Shown here one piece after another: positions 50,144-62,383 of a stretch of 64,000 nucleotides of DNA. The notes under the pieces are model-generated. The model was not told the origin of the DNA, searched no databases, and saw only the letters and a list, made by a program, of their open reading frames with translations. The translations under genes and the position numbers were made by a program. Positions within the stretch are counted from its first letter, which is position 1; the number at the start of each line of letters is the position of its first letter. Source of the stretch: Mobula hypostoma (lineage: Eukaryota); NCBI RefSeq assembly GCF_963921235.1, contig NC_086097.1, positions 63,056,001 through 63,120,000 on the forward strand, given 5' to 3'.

Positions 50144-53100
50144 TGGCAAATGTACAGTCCCTGGAAAATAAAATCCAAGACCTTACAGCAAGATTGCTGC
50201 ATGAGAGGGACATCAGGGACTGCTGTGTCTTTTGTCTCATGGATACTTGGCTACCCCCCACCATTCCAGATACAGGATGCAGCCTGCTAGCTTCACGATT
50301 CACTGCCCAGTGGGAACTGGTGAGCCTTTCAAAGACAAAGGAATGGAATATGCTTTATGATTAACTCCTTGTGGGGCACAAACATGGTGGTTCTGTCCCA
50401 GTCCTGCTCACCCAATCTAGAACATCTAGCAATCAAGTGTTATCCATTTTATCTGACACAGGAGTTTTCAACCACCATCTTGGTAGCAGTGTACATTCCA
50501 CCTCAGGCCCACGTCAAACAGGTTCAAGAATAACTGAACGACGTAATCAACAGGCATAAACCAGTGCACTCTGATGCCTTCCCTATCATTTTGGGGGATA
50601 TTAAGCAAGCCAGCTTGAAAAAGTCCCTCATTAATTTTCACCATCATTTCACTTGTGGAACCAGAGGAGCCAATACACTGGACCACTGTTATACAGCCAT
50701 CAAAAATGTTTACCATGCCAACCCATGGTCACAATTTGGAAAGTCTAAACACCTGGCTGTATTTCTACTGGCTTAGTACAGGCAGGGACTGAAGACTGCA
50801 GCACCAGTCGAAAATACCAAGAAGATGTAGTCAAGGGAGGCAGAGAAGTGCTTACATGACTGCTTTGAGTTGGTGGACTGAACTGTATTCAGGGATTCAT
50901 CTTCGAGTCTGAAAGAATACGCCACAATTGTCACTGACTTCATTAAAACCTGTGTGGATGAGTGCATGCCTACAGGAATATACTCTACATACCCAAATCA
51001 AAGGCCGTGAATGAACCAGAGATTCACAGTCTGCTGAGGGCTAGATCTGGGCATTCAAGTCTGGTGATCCAGGATGATTCAAGAAGGCCAGGTACAACTT
51101 ATGGAGGGCTAACTCAAGAGCAAACAAACAATATTGATTTTCAATCTCCCATTGCTACACTCATAGGTTCCCACCTACTTCAAAAGAGCAACAATCATAC
51201 GAGTGCCTGAGAAGAGCAGTGTGAGCTGGCTTATGACCATCGTCCAGTAGCACACACATCAATTGTGATGAAGTGCTTTGAGAGGTAGGTTATGGTTGGA
51301 ATCAACTCCTGTTTAAGCAAATACCTGGACCCACTGCAATTTGCCTACCCCGTAATAGGTCCTCAGCGGATGCAATCTCATTGTCCCTTCATGCAACCTT
51401 GGATCACTTGGGCAATCAAAATATTTATGTTAGCATGCTGTTTATTGCCTGTGGCTCAGAGTTCAACACAATCATTCCTACAGTGCTGATCAAAAAGCTC
51501 CAAATCCTAGACTTTTATACTGCTCTCTGCTCTCTGCTTCCTCACTGGAAGACCACAGTCTGTGTGGATCAGAAATACTATCTCCACCTCACTGATAATC
51601 AACACAGATGCACCTCAAGAATGTGTGCTTTGCCCACTGGTCTACACTCTCTCCATCCATGACGGTGCGGCTGGGCACAGCTCAAATGGCATCTGTAAGT
51701 TTGTTGACGGCACAACCATTGTTTGCAGAATTTCAGATAGTGATGAGATGATGTATAGGAGCAAGATAGATCAGCTAGTTAAGTGGTGTTACAGCAACAA
51801 CGCAGCACTCGACGTCAATAAGACCAAAGAATTGATGGCGGACTTCAGAAGGGTGAGATGCAAGAACACACACCCGTCCTCACAAAGGGATCAGAAGTGG
51901 AAAGGGTGAGCAATTTCAAGTTGCTGGGTGTCAACATCTCCGAGGATCTATCCTGGGCCAACCATATCAAAGCAGCTACAAAGAGGGCAGCTTTATTTCA
52001 TTAGGAGTTTGAGGAGATTTGGTATGTCACCAAAGACACTCAGAAATTTCTAGAAATACACCACGGAGAGCATTCTACCTTGCTGCATAACCCTCTGGTA
52101 TGGGGATGGGGAGGACTCCCAAACAGGATCAAAATATTCTGCAGAAAGTTGTGAACTCATCTCCATCATTGGCACAATCCTTCCCAGTATCCATGACATT
52201 TTCAAGAGGCAATGCCTCAGATCTGCAGCACCCATCATTAAGGACGCCTATCGCCCTTTTCTCATTGTGACCATCAGGGAGGAGGTACAGGAGCCTGAAG
52301 GCACACACTCAATGTTTCAGAACTGCTTTTTACCCCCTGTCATCAGATTTCTGAAAGGACATTGAACCCATGAACACTACCCCATTACTTTTCTATTTCT
52401 CTTTTTGTGCTAGTTAATTAACTTAACATTTTTAATATACATATATAATTCTTACAGCAATTTACAGTTTTTATTATGATGCATTGCATTGTACTGCTGC
52501 TGCAGAACAACAGATTTCATGACATATGCCAGTGATATTAAACCTGATTCTGATTCAGACCAGTAGTTCCCAAAGCGGGTGATATCATCCCCTGGGGGTG
52601 GTGGGAGTTTCTAAGGAGGCAGTGAAGAGATGCATAGTTAACAGAGGGGGCAGCTGAAGGATTTCAGGCTTAACTTAAGAAATGAAATACTTATTATAAG
52701 CATTTGATACTCAGTGCCTCATAATTGACTACAATAATCATATAATTGCCTCATCACTTGCTAACTCACCATTCTCTTAGATATTGCACAAACCATGTTA
52801 TAGTTGTTGAAAAACAATGTGATTCTTCTGTGTTTGGCATATCTTGAGAAATCTAGACTGAAAAAGTTGGGTTATTTCCAGGCTCTGTCCATGCATCATT
52901 GCTGTTGACCATGTTAAACAATGTTAGCTAGTAAGATTCCCATAATCTAATCACACAGTGACGCAATTCCTGTGAATTAGGGTATGGCATTCAATGGGGT
53001 TAAGTTCAGAATCTGCTCTTTTGAATGGTATTGTCTGCATTTCTCTAGAGCTTATGGCCCAACTGAGGTATTGCTGCCCCACTTTTTGTACCTTTAGGCA

Positions 53101-53248
53101 GCAAGCCAGCTTTTGCCTGAGCTATGATGATGTCAGTTATTGATTGCAGTGCTTGAAACTGGACTTGAACAACAGGTAGTTGACCATGGTCATTAGTCCA
53201 TAATGAAAATGGCAGAAGCAGACCAAACGAAAAAGAAGTGTAGGCAGT

Positions 53249-53685
53249 CACGAGGAAATTCAAGCAACATACACAAAATGCTGGTGGAATGCAGCAGGCC
53301 AGGCAGTATCTATTAGAAGAGGTACAGTCAACATATCGGGCCGAGATCCATCATCAGAACTAACTGAAAGAAGAGATAGTAAGAGATTTGAAAGTGGGAG
53401 GGAAAAGGGGAGATCTGAAATGATAGGAGAAGACAGGAGAGGGAGGGATGGAGCTAGGAGCAGGACAGTTGATTGGCAAAAGGGATACAAGGCTGGAGGA
53501 GGGAGAGGATCATGGGATGGGAGGCCTAGGGAGAAAGAAAGGGGGAGGGGAGCCCAGAGGAAGATGGAGAGCAGGCAAGGAGTTATAGTGAGAGGGACAG
53601 AGGGAGAAAAAAGAGAGAGCGACTGTACCTCTTCCAATAGATGCTGCCTGGCCTGCTGCGTTCCACCAGCCTTCTGTGTGTGTTG
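53249..53685 (-). mobile_element. Penelope pseudo-LTR with an inverted terminal arm, inserted in the hAT transposase
   Basis: Minus pLTR 53249-53619 with hammerhead relic 53325-53362; plus arm 53621-53685; degenerate flanking duplication tgtaggcagt/tatagatagt. Confidence 0.85.
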
Positions 53686-54480
53686 AATATAGATAGTATA
53701 GTGTGGAGTATCTGAAATATGGATCTAATGTATACCAGAAGCAAGCAAACAGCAGCCAATGTGACTGTCGTGTGAAGAAGTTTTTTTCAAATGAGGCAAT
53801 GAAACCATCCAACTCCTTGAACATTTGACAAGAATACACTCTGAAAAAGCAAACAAGAACTTTATGAAAGTTACTTTATGAAAACTTGTAGAAATAGAAA
53901 ACACTTCAAAACATGTTTGCCAGCACGTCTCAACAAAGCAGTGATGCTTTGTACATTTCATTGCTCATTGCCAAATCTTGAAAGCCCCAGCTTGGAGAAG
54001 AACTGATTCTGCCAGCAGTAAGAGAGGTTCTGAGTACAGCTTTGCATAAGTCACCAGACCAAATAATTAAAGTGATTCAGCTCAGCAACGTCTCTGTTCA
54101 AAACTGAATTGATGAAATGTCTGAGAATGGGGAAGACACATTGTGCAACATACTTAAGGAAAACAAAATTCACTCTGCAGTTGGATGAGTCAACTTTGTC
54201 AGGCAATGAATCTTTACTTTTAGGTTATGTTCATTTCATAAAAGATAAAAGAATGGTTCAAGAATTTTTAGTTGCAAGGGAAATCAAACAGGTATGAGGG
54301 GGAGTCAATATTTCAGGTTGTTGAACAATTTTTCAAAGAGAAGGACACTCCACTCAAAAATATTGTTGCTTATGCAACAGATGGGACACCATCAATGACA
54401 GGACACCATTGTGGGGTTATTACTTTCTTGAAAAAATCTGTGGCTAACATATCTACCATTCACTGTGTAATTCATAGACA

Positions 54481-55075
54481 GTAGTAGTAGGCAGCCGTCG
54501 ATCCCAGGGGATCATGGGTTTGCGCCTTTGGTGGACTCTGACCTCTCCTGGACGCAAGCCTGGGTGGAAAGATTTGAAGAATCTTTGTTGCCCAAACGGC
54601 GGGTTCCCCTCTTCACGTCACTGATGTCGTCCAAGGGAAGGGCAAGCGCCAACACCAGTGTCGATGTAAAGGTTGCAAGAATGACGTTGTAAACAACATC
54701 AAACTGCCTTAGGGACACTGGCTCCAGATTTCTTCCTCGGGTTTTACTCCCAAAGCCTTTCCCATGGGTGGGTATAGCCACAAGGCAGTGGAGATTTAAA
54801 ATCAGAGCTTTCGTTTTCCTAGGCGGGCTGCCATCCAAGGCTGATAAGCCCCACCTGCCTAAAGCAACTGGTTTTGAGGCGCCAGTGATCCATCTTTGCC
54901 CCTTCTTTTGTCAGTAGAGACAGTTCCACCAGGCCTAATAGCTAAGCCACACGTGAAAGTCAAGAGTTGGACTTGGTTGTCAGAGGCTGTTAGAGATGCA
55001 TGCCCTTTGGAGCACTTTGTAGGTAGTGGGAGCTTATCCCCACTACCACCCCTGGCTAAGACAGCCTTAGGGACC
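54481..55075 (-). mobile_element. Non-coding RTE-type SINE-like element, 595 bp
   Basis: TSD tcatagaca/tcacagaca (54472-54480, 55076-55084); (CTA)n tail; inserted at the hAT CxxH motif. Confidence 0.85.
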
Positions 55076-55896
55076 TCACAGACAATATATTGTCACAATA
55101 AACCTAAGTGATAGGCTGCACAAATCATTAAATACTGTCATCAGAGCAGTAAATAAAATCAAGTCCCATGTTCTCAGTTCTCGACTATTTCGAGAGCATT
55201 GTATTGAGAATGATGAGCAGTTTTAACGCTTGCTGTTGTACATAGAAGTCAGGTGGCTCTCAAAAGGAAACTGCCTGAGATGCTCTTAGTACTTTTTGAA
55301 AGTGCGATAAAATCCTTTGAAGACTGGAAATCTTTATTCAGCAAACAACTCAAGAACATTATGCATGGCATTTTTTAATTTGTCAGAATTATTTACAACG
55401 TTTAATGAAATCAGTCTTCCTTTGCAAGTAAATGATGTGAATCTTAACAGTCAAATCAGTCATCTGCACATTTCTGTCCAAGTTAACCCAATTTTAACAT
55501 GAGCTATCACAGCATTTTCCAATTTCCAAGCCTCTCTGAGTTGGAAGAGAAAGAAAGAATACCAGATGATGATATTCAAGTGTACTGTGCACAGCTGGGT
55601 GAGATGCATAAAGACATACCAAAGAGATATCAGGATCTTTTCTCAATTCAGGTTCCAGATTGGGTAATAAATCTATTCAAAGAACTGATCTCATTACAAA
55701 ATGCCATTGAGCTGAAGCCAAGGTTCAGAAAATTGTATCAAAAGCTTTTGGTTCTAGAAAGAAATTTCTGAATGCTATCCTGCATTGTGGAAAAAGGTCA
55801 AAATGTTCTTTTTTGGGTTTTCAGCATCATGCTTTCTGGAACAAAGTTTCGGTGCAGTTGTCCAACGTCTTTCAAAGCAATGAAAAAGACTCTAAG

Positions 55897-56382
55897 TTGT
55901 AGCTCTAAGGAAAGGTATGATGGCATTGGACAGGGTCCAGCGGTGGTTTATGACAATGATTCTGGCAATTAAAGTGTTAATGTATGAGGAGTGTTTGATG
56001 GCTCTGGGTCTGTACTCACTGGAATTTAGAAGAATGGAGGGGGGAGGGGGATCTCATTGAAACCTATTAAATTTTGAAAGGCCTAGACAGAGTGGATGAG
56101 TCTAGGAGCAGAGGACTCAGCTTCAGAATAAAGAGGAATCCATTTAGAACAGTGACGAGATGGAAAGTCTTTAGCCAGAAGTTTATGACTCTGTGGAATT
56201 CGTTTCTATAGACAGCTGCGCAAGCCAAGTCAGTGTGTATATTTAAAGCAAAGGTTTGTTAGTCAGGGTGACAATGGCTACAGGGAAAAGTCTGGAGAGG
56301 GATACAGTAATAAATCAGCCATGATAGAATGGCAGAGCAGACTCGATAGGCCAAGTAGCTTATTTCAGCTCCTATGTCTTAT
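55897..56382 (+). mobile_element. CR1 3' fragment inserted in the hAT element
   Basis: Homologous to 33910-34430; tail cctatgtcttatg. Confidence 0.8.
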
Positions 56383-57556
56383 GAATGTGGGGATCTGACA
56401 CTCCTGAGTGACAATCAGCCTGATGTTGAGAAGCTGATATCACTGCATCAATCCCAAACATCTCATTGAAAGGTGAAAAAGCAACGTAGTGAGTTGTTGG
56501 GCTACTAATGTATATTCTTAAAATTGTTGAAGAAAATAGTTTTTACTGTAATTAAATAAATAATTTTATTTGTTGCTTTAAATACATCTGAATAATTTTT
56601 GCAATTATTTGTCACTGCTTTGAATTTGCATTCCCATTTTCCTTACCTGTGCATCGTAAATCAAAATTCTTTATAGCTCTTCCGCAATAACCGGAGAGGG
56701 AGAGGGGACGCTGAGGATGTGTTTTGGAGCTAAGAGGGTAGTCACCCAAAATAGTTTGGGAATCTCTGGGTTAGACTGTTCCTCACAATTCCCATGACCC
56801 ACTTCCAATAACAATGTATTACATTACTGGGACGTGTATCCAGCATATCACGTGTTATACTTGAATAGATATCTTTAAATAAAGTGCTGGAATGTGAATC
56901 TCAGTGCAGCCAAATATTAGCAATTTTAGACTATCCAGACTAACGCTGTAAAATATTTACAATATGATACTTAGCAAGAAGAGAAAAAATATTTTTGATG
57001 AAGCTCTCCAATAAGTATTCTGCTCTGCCACGCAAGTGTCTGTTTACTGGGAATGAAATTTCATTATCATGTTTGGTAAGCTCTTGTACAAACTATTCGT
57101 TGCTGAAAATCATACTGACAAGCAAGGTATGTATTTTTATCTGAGTCAAACTGCTCCTCAATCAAGCGCTGTATTTGATAGCATGACAAAAAGGTAGCAA
57201 TAACACTGGCATTTATACATGGACACAGCTGTAAGATGCATCAGTGATAGGATTTTATAGAACCTGTTAGCAACAGAAGTCTAAGCTACCATAGGCACCC
57301 GAGAATGAGGATCACGTGAATCTGTGTTGACATTAGGTCTCTCCTTCATAAAACTTATTTCTTAAAACCGTCAGCAAAAAGGTTTGCCAAAATATCTTTA
57401 AGCCACTGGCAACTTGTCCATGGTATTTCAAACCTATGGAAACATGGTACATCAATAATTATTGCAGAAAATATATTGGTTTATTTTCAGTGAACATTAG
57501 GGAGACTTCTAGCAGCCCAAAATAGTTTTCATATTTTCCTAATATTTTATATTTTT

Positions 57557-58305
57557 AGATCATAAAGTCATAGAAAACTACAGCAGAGAAACAGGTTCTT
57601 CGACCTGCACCTGGACCGTAGCCAGCCATACCCCTCCCATCCATATACCAATCCAAACTTCTCTTAAATGTTGAAATCAAAATCTCATCCACCACATGTG
57701 AAGGCAGCTTGTTCCACACTCACAACTCTCTAAAATGAAGAGGTTTCTCCTCATGTTCCCTTTAAATGTTTAAACATTTCACCTTTCACCCATAAGCCAT
57801 GAACTCTAGTTGTAGTCCCATCCAACCTCAGTGGAAAAAGCCTGCTTGCATTTACCCAATCTGCACCCCTCATAATTTTGTATACGTCTATCAAACATTC
57901 CCTCAGTCTTCTATGTTCTGTGGAATAAAGTTCTAACCTGTTCAATCTTCCCTTATAACTCAGATCCTTCAGTCCCAGCAACATCCTTATAAATTGTACT
58001 CTTTCAATCTTATTTACATCTTTCCTATAGGTAGGTGATCAAAACAGCAGACAATACTCCAAATAAGGCCTCACCAATGTTTTATACAACCTCAAGATAA
58101 CATCCCAGCTCCTCTACTCAGTACCTTGATCTACTCAGGCCAATGTGCTAAAAGCTTTCTTTATGACCCTATCTACCCGTGACACCACTTTCAATAAATT
58201 ATGGACCTGTATTCCCAGATCCCTTTGTTCTACCACACTACTTCAATGCCCTACTGCACACTGTGTAAGACCTACCCTGGTTTGTCCTCCCAAAGTGCAA
58301 CACCT
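57557..58305 (-). mobile_element. CR1 3' fragment
   Basis: LKDLSYKGRLNRLELYS...YKIMRG; homologous to 27020-27760. Confidence 0.85.
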
Positions 58306-58839
58306 TGGTGCATTTTCTCTCTTGGGTCAATAATGAATATCCTGTTGTAGTACCAATGAAGGGAAGACTTTTGTCCAAAGAGAGATGAGATTTGCAGTCT
58401 GCAGTGATGCATAAAACACCAAGTCATTTAAATGTGTCGGAATGCCTTGAGGTTCTAAGAATACATTATCCCAAATAGACCACTTATGTGCAAAGAATGT
58501 CTTGTCTATGATGGCCAAGCTTTAAGCAATAATTGCAGATGCTCAAACTATTTTCAGAATAAATTGAATGATATGCCTCAATTCTATTAAACCATTTATA
58601 AATCACTAGAATGAGAGCATAAATAGCAGACACTGCATAACTTGCACTGGACATTGTACAATATTACTCATACTTGGCTGTATGGAGATTCTTATTCCAG
58701 TCACTTCATTCAAGTTTGGTTCCCAGTGGTAAATTGAATTCCAGGTAATCTATAATCCCAGATCCTGTGAATATTAAAGATGGGAAGTTTCTCTATCTGC
58801 ATCATCTGTTTAAGCAGACCAAGAATTGGTGCATTGTCT

Positions 58840-60585
58840 GCATAGGCCTATTGTTTCTGCCTGCTCTTGACCCACTGAAATCATGTTCTCATACCTCGAT
58901 TCCATTCTATCTCCCTTGGCTCAGTCCCTAACCACCTACATTCGTGACACTTCTCATGCTCTCCCTCTCCTCAATTCTCTGGCCCTGACTGCCTCATTTT
59001 CATCATGGATATTCAGTACCTATACACCTCTATCCCCCATCAAGAAGGCCTCAAAGCTCTCTGCTTTTTTCTTGACAAAGAACTAACCAATTCCCCTCCA
59101 CCACCACTCTCCTCTGTCTGGCAGAACTGGTCCTCACTCTCAACAATTTTTCCTTCGGCTCCTCCCACTTTCCCCAGACTCAAGGAGTAGCCATAGGAAC
59201 CGCATGGGCCTTAGCTATGCCTGCCTCTTCGTTGGCCACAATCAGAAGTCCATGTTCCATACTCTCCCCAACTCTTCCTCCGCTACATTGATGATTGCAT
59301 TGGTGTTGCTTCATGCACCCATGCTGATCTTGTCAACTTCATAAACCTTACCTCTAAGTTCCACCCTGCTCTTAAGTTCATTTGGTTCATTTCTGACACC
59401 TCTACCCTTTCTCAATCTCTCTGTTTCTATCTCTGGAGACAAGATGTCAATCAACATCTTTTATAAACCTACAGATTCCCACAGTTATCATAAATATACC
59501 TTTTTCCATCCTGTCTCCTGTAAAAGTGACATTTCCTTTTCTCAGTTCCTTCAGCTCCACTGCATATGTTCCTAGGATGTAACTTTCCTTTCCAGGACAT
59601 CTGAGATGTCTTCCTTCTTCAAAGAACAAGGCTTCCCTCCCTTCACTATTGATGCTGCCCTCACCCACATCTCCTCCATTTCCTGAACATCCGCACTTAC
59701 CGCACCTTCCTGCTGTCTTAACAGTGATAGAGTTCCTCATCTCAGTAACTTCCATATCCAACATATGATCCTCCACAACCTTCATCATCTCCGAAGGGAT
59801 CCTACCACAAAACACATCTTTAGCTTCCACGCCCCCCAACCACTTTCCACAGGGATCGCTCCCTCTGTGATTCCCTTGTCCATTTGTCCCTCCCTACAAG
59901 TGGCCTCATTGCTACACCTGCCTATACACCTACTCCCTTACCTCTGATCAGTACCCCAAACAAACTTCCAGGTGAGGCAACACTTCACCTGCAAATCTAC
60001 TGGTGTCTATTGTGTCCAGGTGCTCATGATACGACCTCCGCTACATTGATGATGCCCATCATAAATTGGGGGAACACTTCTTCGAGCACCTTCAAAAGTG
60101 GAACTTTCTGGTGGCCAAACGTTTTAATTCCCATTCCCATATTGTCTATGGCTTCCTCTTGTGCCACGATGAGGCCACCCTCAGAATGGAGGAGCAACAC
60201 CTTATACTCTGTCTGGATAGCTCCCAACCTGACGGCATAAATATAGATTTCTCCTTCTGGTAAAAAATATCCCAATATCTCTCCCCACCTCCCCCCACCC
60301 CTTGTGTCCCCTCCTCCATCATCTCTCCTATGGTCCACTCTCCTCTCCTATCAGATTCCTTCTTCTCCAACCCCTTACCCTTCCTACCCACCTGGCTTCA
60401 GCTATCATCTTCGAGCTATCCTCCTTCCTCTTCTCACACCTTTTTACTCTGATGTCTTCTCCTTTCCTTTCAGTCCTAAAGAAGGGTCTCAGGCCAAGAC
60501 GTTGACTGCCTGACCTGTTGAGTTCCTCCAGTATTTTGTGTGTGGTGCTTTGGGTATCCAGCATTTGCAGACTTTCTCGAGTTTA
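58840..60585 (+). mobile_element. Penelope-like element: RT, GIY-YIG remnant and 3' pseudo-LTR
   Basis: RPIVSACS, MDIQYLYTSIPHQEGLKAL, GVAIG, SYACLFVG, LFLRYIDDCIG, KLGEHFFEHL; pLTR with hammerhead relic 60471-60508. Confidence 0.9.
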
Positions 60586-61036
60586 TCATTTACTCTTGGC
60601 CCCAGCGTTGTACAAAGGAGGGCGGCGTATACAGATTCTGGGAGAACAATGCCACCACAGCACAAGAGGTGGAGAAATAAGCTGATTTAGAAAGAACAGT
60701 AAGACACTGGCAAATAGGCAGCTAGATATAAACTCGAAGTGAAATGCAAGCTCTTTAAATAAGGATCTATGTTACACTGGGAACAGGATTCAGATCTGGC
60801 AGATAATCCATTATTTTATTTACAGTCACTTACTTATTCAATCATTGTTCATTCACAAACAGAGTTTGTCTATTTGAATCTGAGAAGGAGTATTTGCAGC
60901 AGTGCGGAAAACCAGTTGGCAGGATTTGTGTCTTTGGAATCTAACTGAATAAAACTATTATATGCAATTAGTCTTTTTAACTTTATTGGCAAATAAGTAG
61001 AGAAAATAAAGAAATTTATAGATAGTACAGTGTAAA

Positions 61037-61120
61037 ACCATAAGACCAATAAGGCATAGGAGCACAACGGGGCTATTTATCCCATCGTGTCTGCTCTGCC
61101 ATTTGATCATTGCTGATTTA
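61037..61120 (-). mobile_element. CR1 3' tail fragment
   Basis: ccataagaccaataaggcataggagca is the reverse complement of the CR1-D-type tail. Confidence 0.7.
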
Positions 61121-61766
61121 TATGTGTGTGGCTCACTTCTCCGATTGAACTGAATTGACTGCTAACAGTGCAGACAAACACTACCCACATGGAATTACGT
61201 GATATCCTGGGGAGGCAATAAACCAGCTAAATCTGGACAATTAAGAGAAGATTTGAAATTTAATCACTTAATGGAGCCAGGGAGCAAAATGACCTCAGGA
61301 GATCAAGAAGAACCTAATTGGTTTGCACAAGATATGAGATCCAGGCAAACCAAAAACAGATTTAACTTTCCGTTTTAAGAAATTCAGAGAACCTATGATT
61401 ATTTGATGAGATGGTAAACAACTTGATTATTTTGTGGGAAACGTAGGAGTGAATTGCCAATTTATTCTGCCCATGCATAACTTACAAATGTAACCCATGG
61501 TCTTCCACCATCTGTTCAATTGATATAATTAATTCAAAAACTCTATTTGGACAGTTCATATTTTCTAAATTATTACAGACCCAGATTTGCACTTCTCTGG
61601 GTAACTAAGAAGTTTTGTGGCTTTATTATTCCCTTTCATAAGGTTAAGCCAAAAATTGGCTGGTATTCTTAGTGAGGCCTGATCATAACACTAAAGGAAA
61701 CCAGCATTCATTTGTTGTGTTAGAATTTGCCTTGAAAATTCAACATGAAAACCTTGTTTTATTTCA

Positions 61767-62383
61767 CTGTTGCACAAGTTCAACCAGCAGATGTTGGCAC
61801 ATCGGTGAGTAGTGTTCTGGGCCTCACTTCTCGCGGCCTTATAAGGGTCCCAGGTGCTGGGGTTGGGATCATACTTGTAGGCAAGGAGGGCTCTACTTTT
61901 GGCTTCAGCCACTCATTCTATTTCTTCACAGCTTTCCTCATACCAGTCTGCTTGTGTGCTTTCTCTCTTACCAATGATGGCTGAGTTGTAGACGGCAGAC
62001 AGAAACACTTGCTTTCAGTTGCGTTGTAGTTGTAGGTGGTGGCTGCCGCAGGACCTTCAAAGCAGTTAGTGAACTTCTGCATATATTCAGCACTGAATGC
62101 ACAGCAAATGTTGATGCATGGTCAACCCTTCCTCTTAGAGTGGTGCAGCTTCTTTGGTACAATTCTCTCTTTGCTGGCTGCTAGGGAGTGGCCAGTGTTA
62201 CTGTCTGTGCTGTGATAGCTGTGGGTGATCAGGACACTCATGAGATCTGCACGCCTGGTGATGACAAGATCTAGCTGATGCCAGTGGCGAGAACATAAGC
62301 GCCTCCATGAGACCGTGTGAATCTCCTTGCACTGGAGATATGTGTTGGTCATGCACAGTCCAGGGGTCAGCAGCCTCTGGCCA
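61767..62383 (-). mobile_element. RTE-clade LINE, inverted 5' segment (endonuclease C-half and linker)
   Basis: GQRLL..GLCMTNTYLQ..VSWRR..SRHWHQLDLVITRR...HSL; ends at CANICWLNLCN. Confidence 0.85.

Larger units (their letters stand above)
49590..52556 (+). mobile_element. Rex1/Babar LINE, near full length, pseudogenised
   Basis: LLANVQSLENKI (split by a SINE), TRGANTLDHCY, LDPLQFAY, APQECVLCPL, KFVDGT; tail cctgattctgattc. Confidence 0.88.
52561..56768 (+). mobile_element. hAT DNA transposon (Buster/Charlie type), both ends present, transposase decayed
   Basis: TIRs cagtagttcccaaa / tttgggaatctctg; flanks attcagac/ggttagac; motifs KKCRQYSVEYLKYG, FSNEAMKPS (BED-like), LQLDEST, TDGTPSMTG, HCVIHRQ, EVRWLSKG. 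Confidence 0.9.

Noticed and set aside
54930..54975. CPEB3-like loop TTCACGT inside the RTE-type SINE as an HDV ribozyme
   Set aside because: I could not build consistent P1/P2/P3 pairings around it, and it is internal to the element
53209..55900. Domesticated ZBED/SCAND3-like gene
   Set aside because: Multiple stops, frameshifts and insertions; TIRs still present
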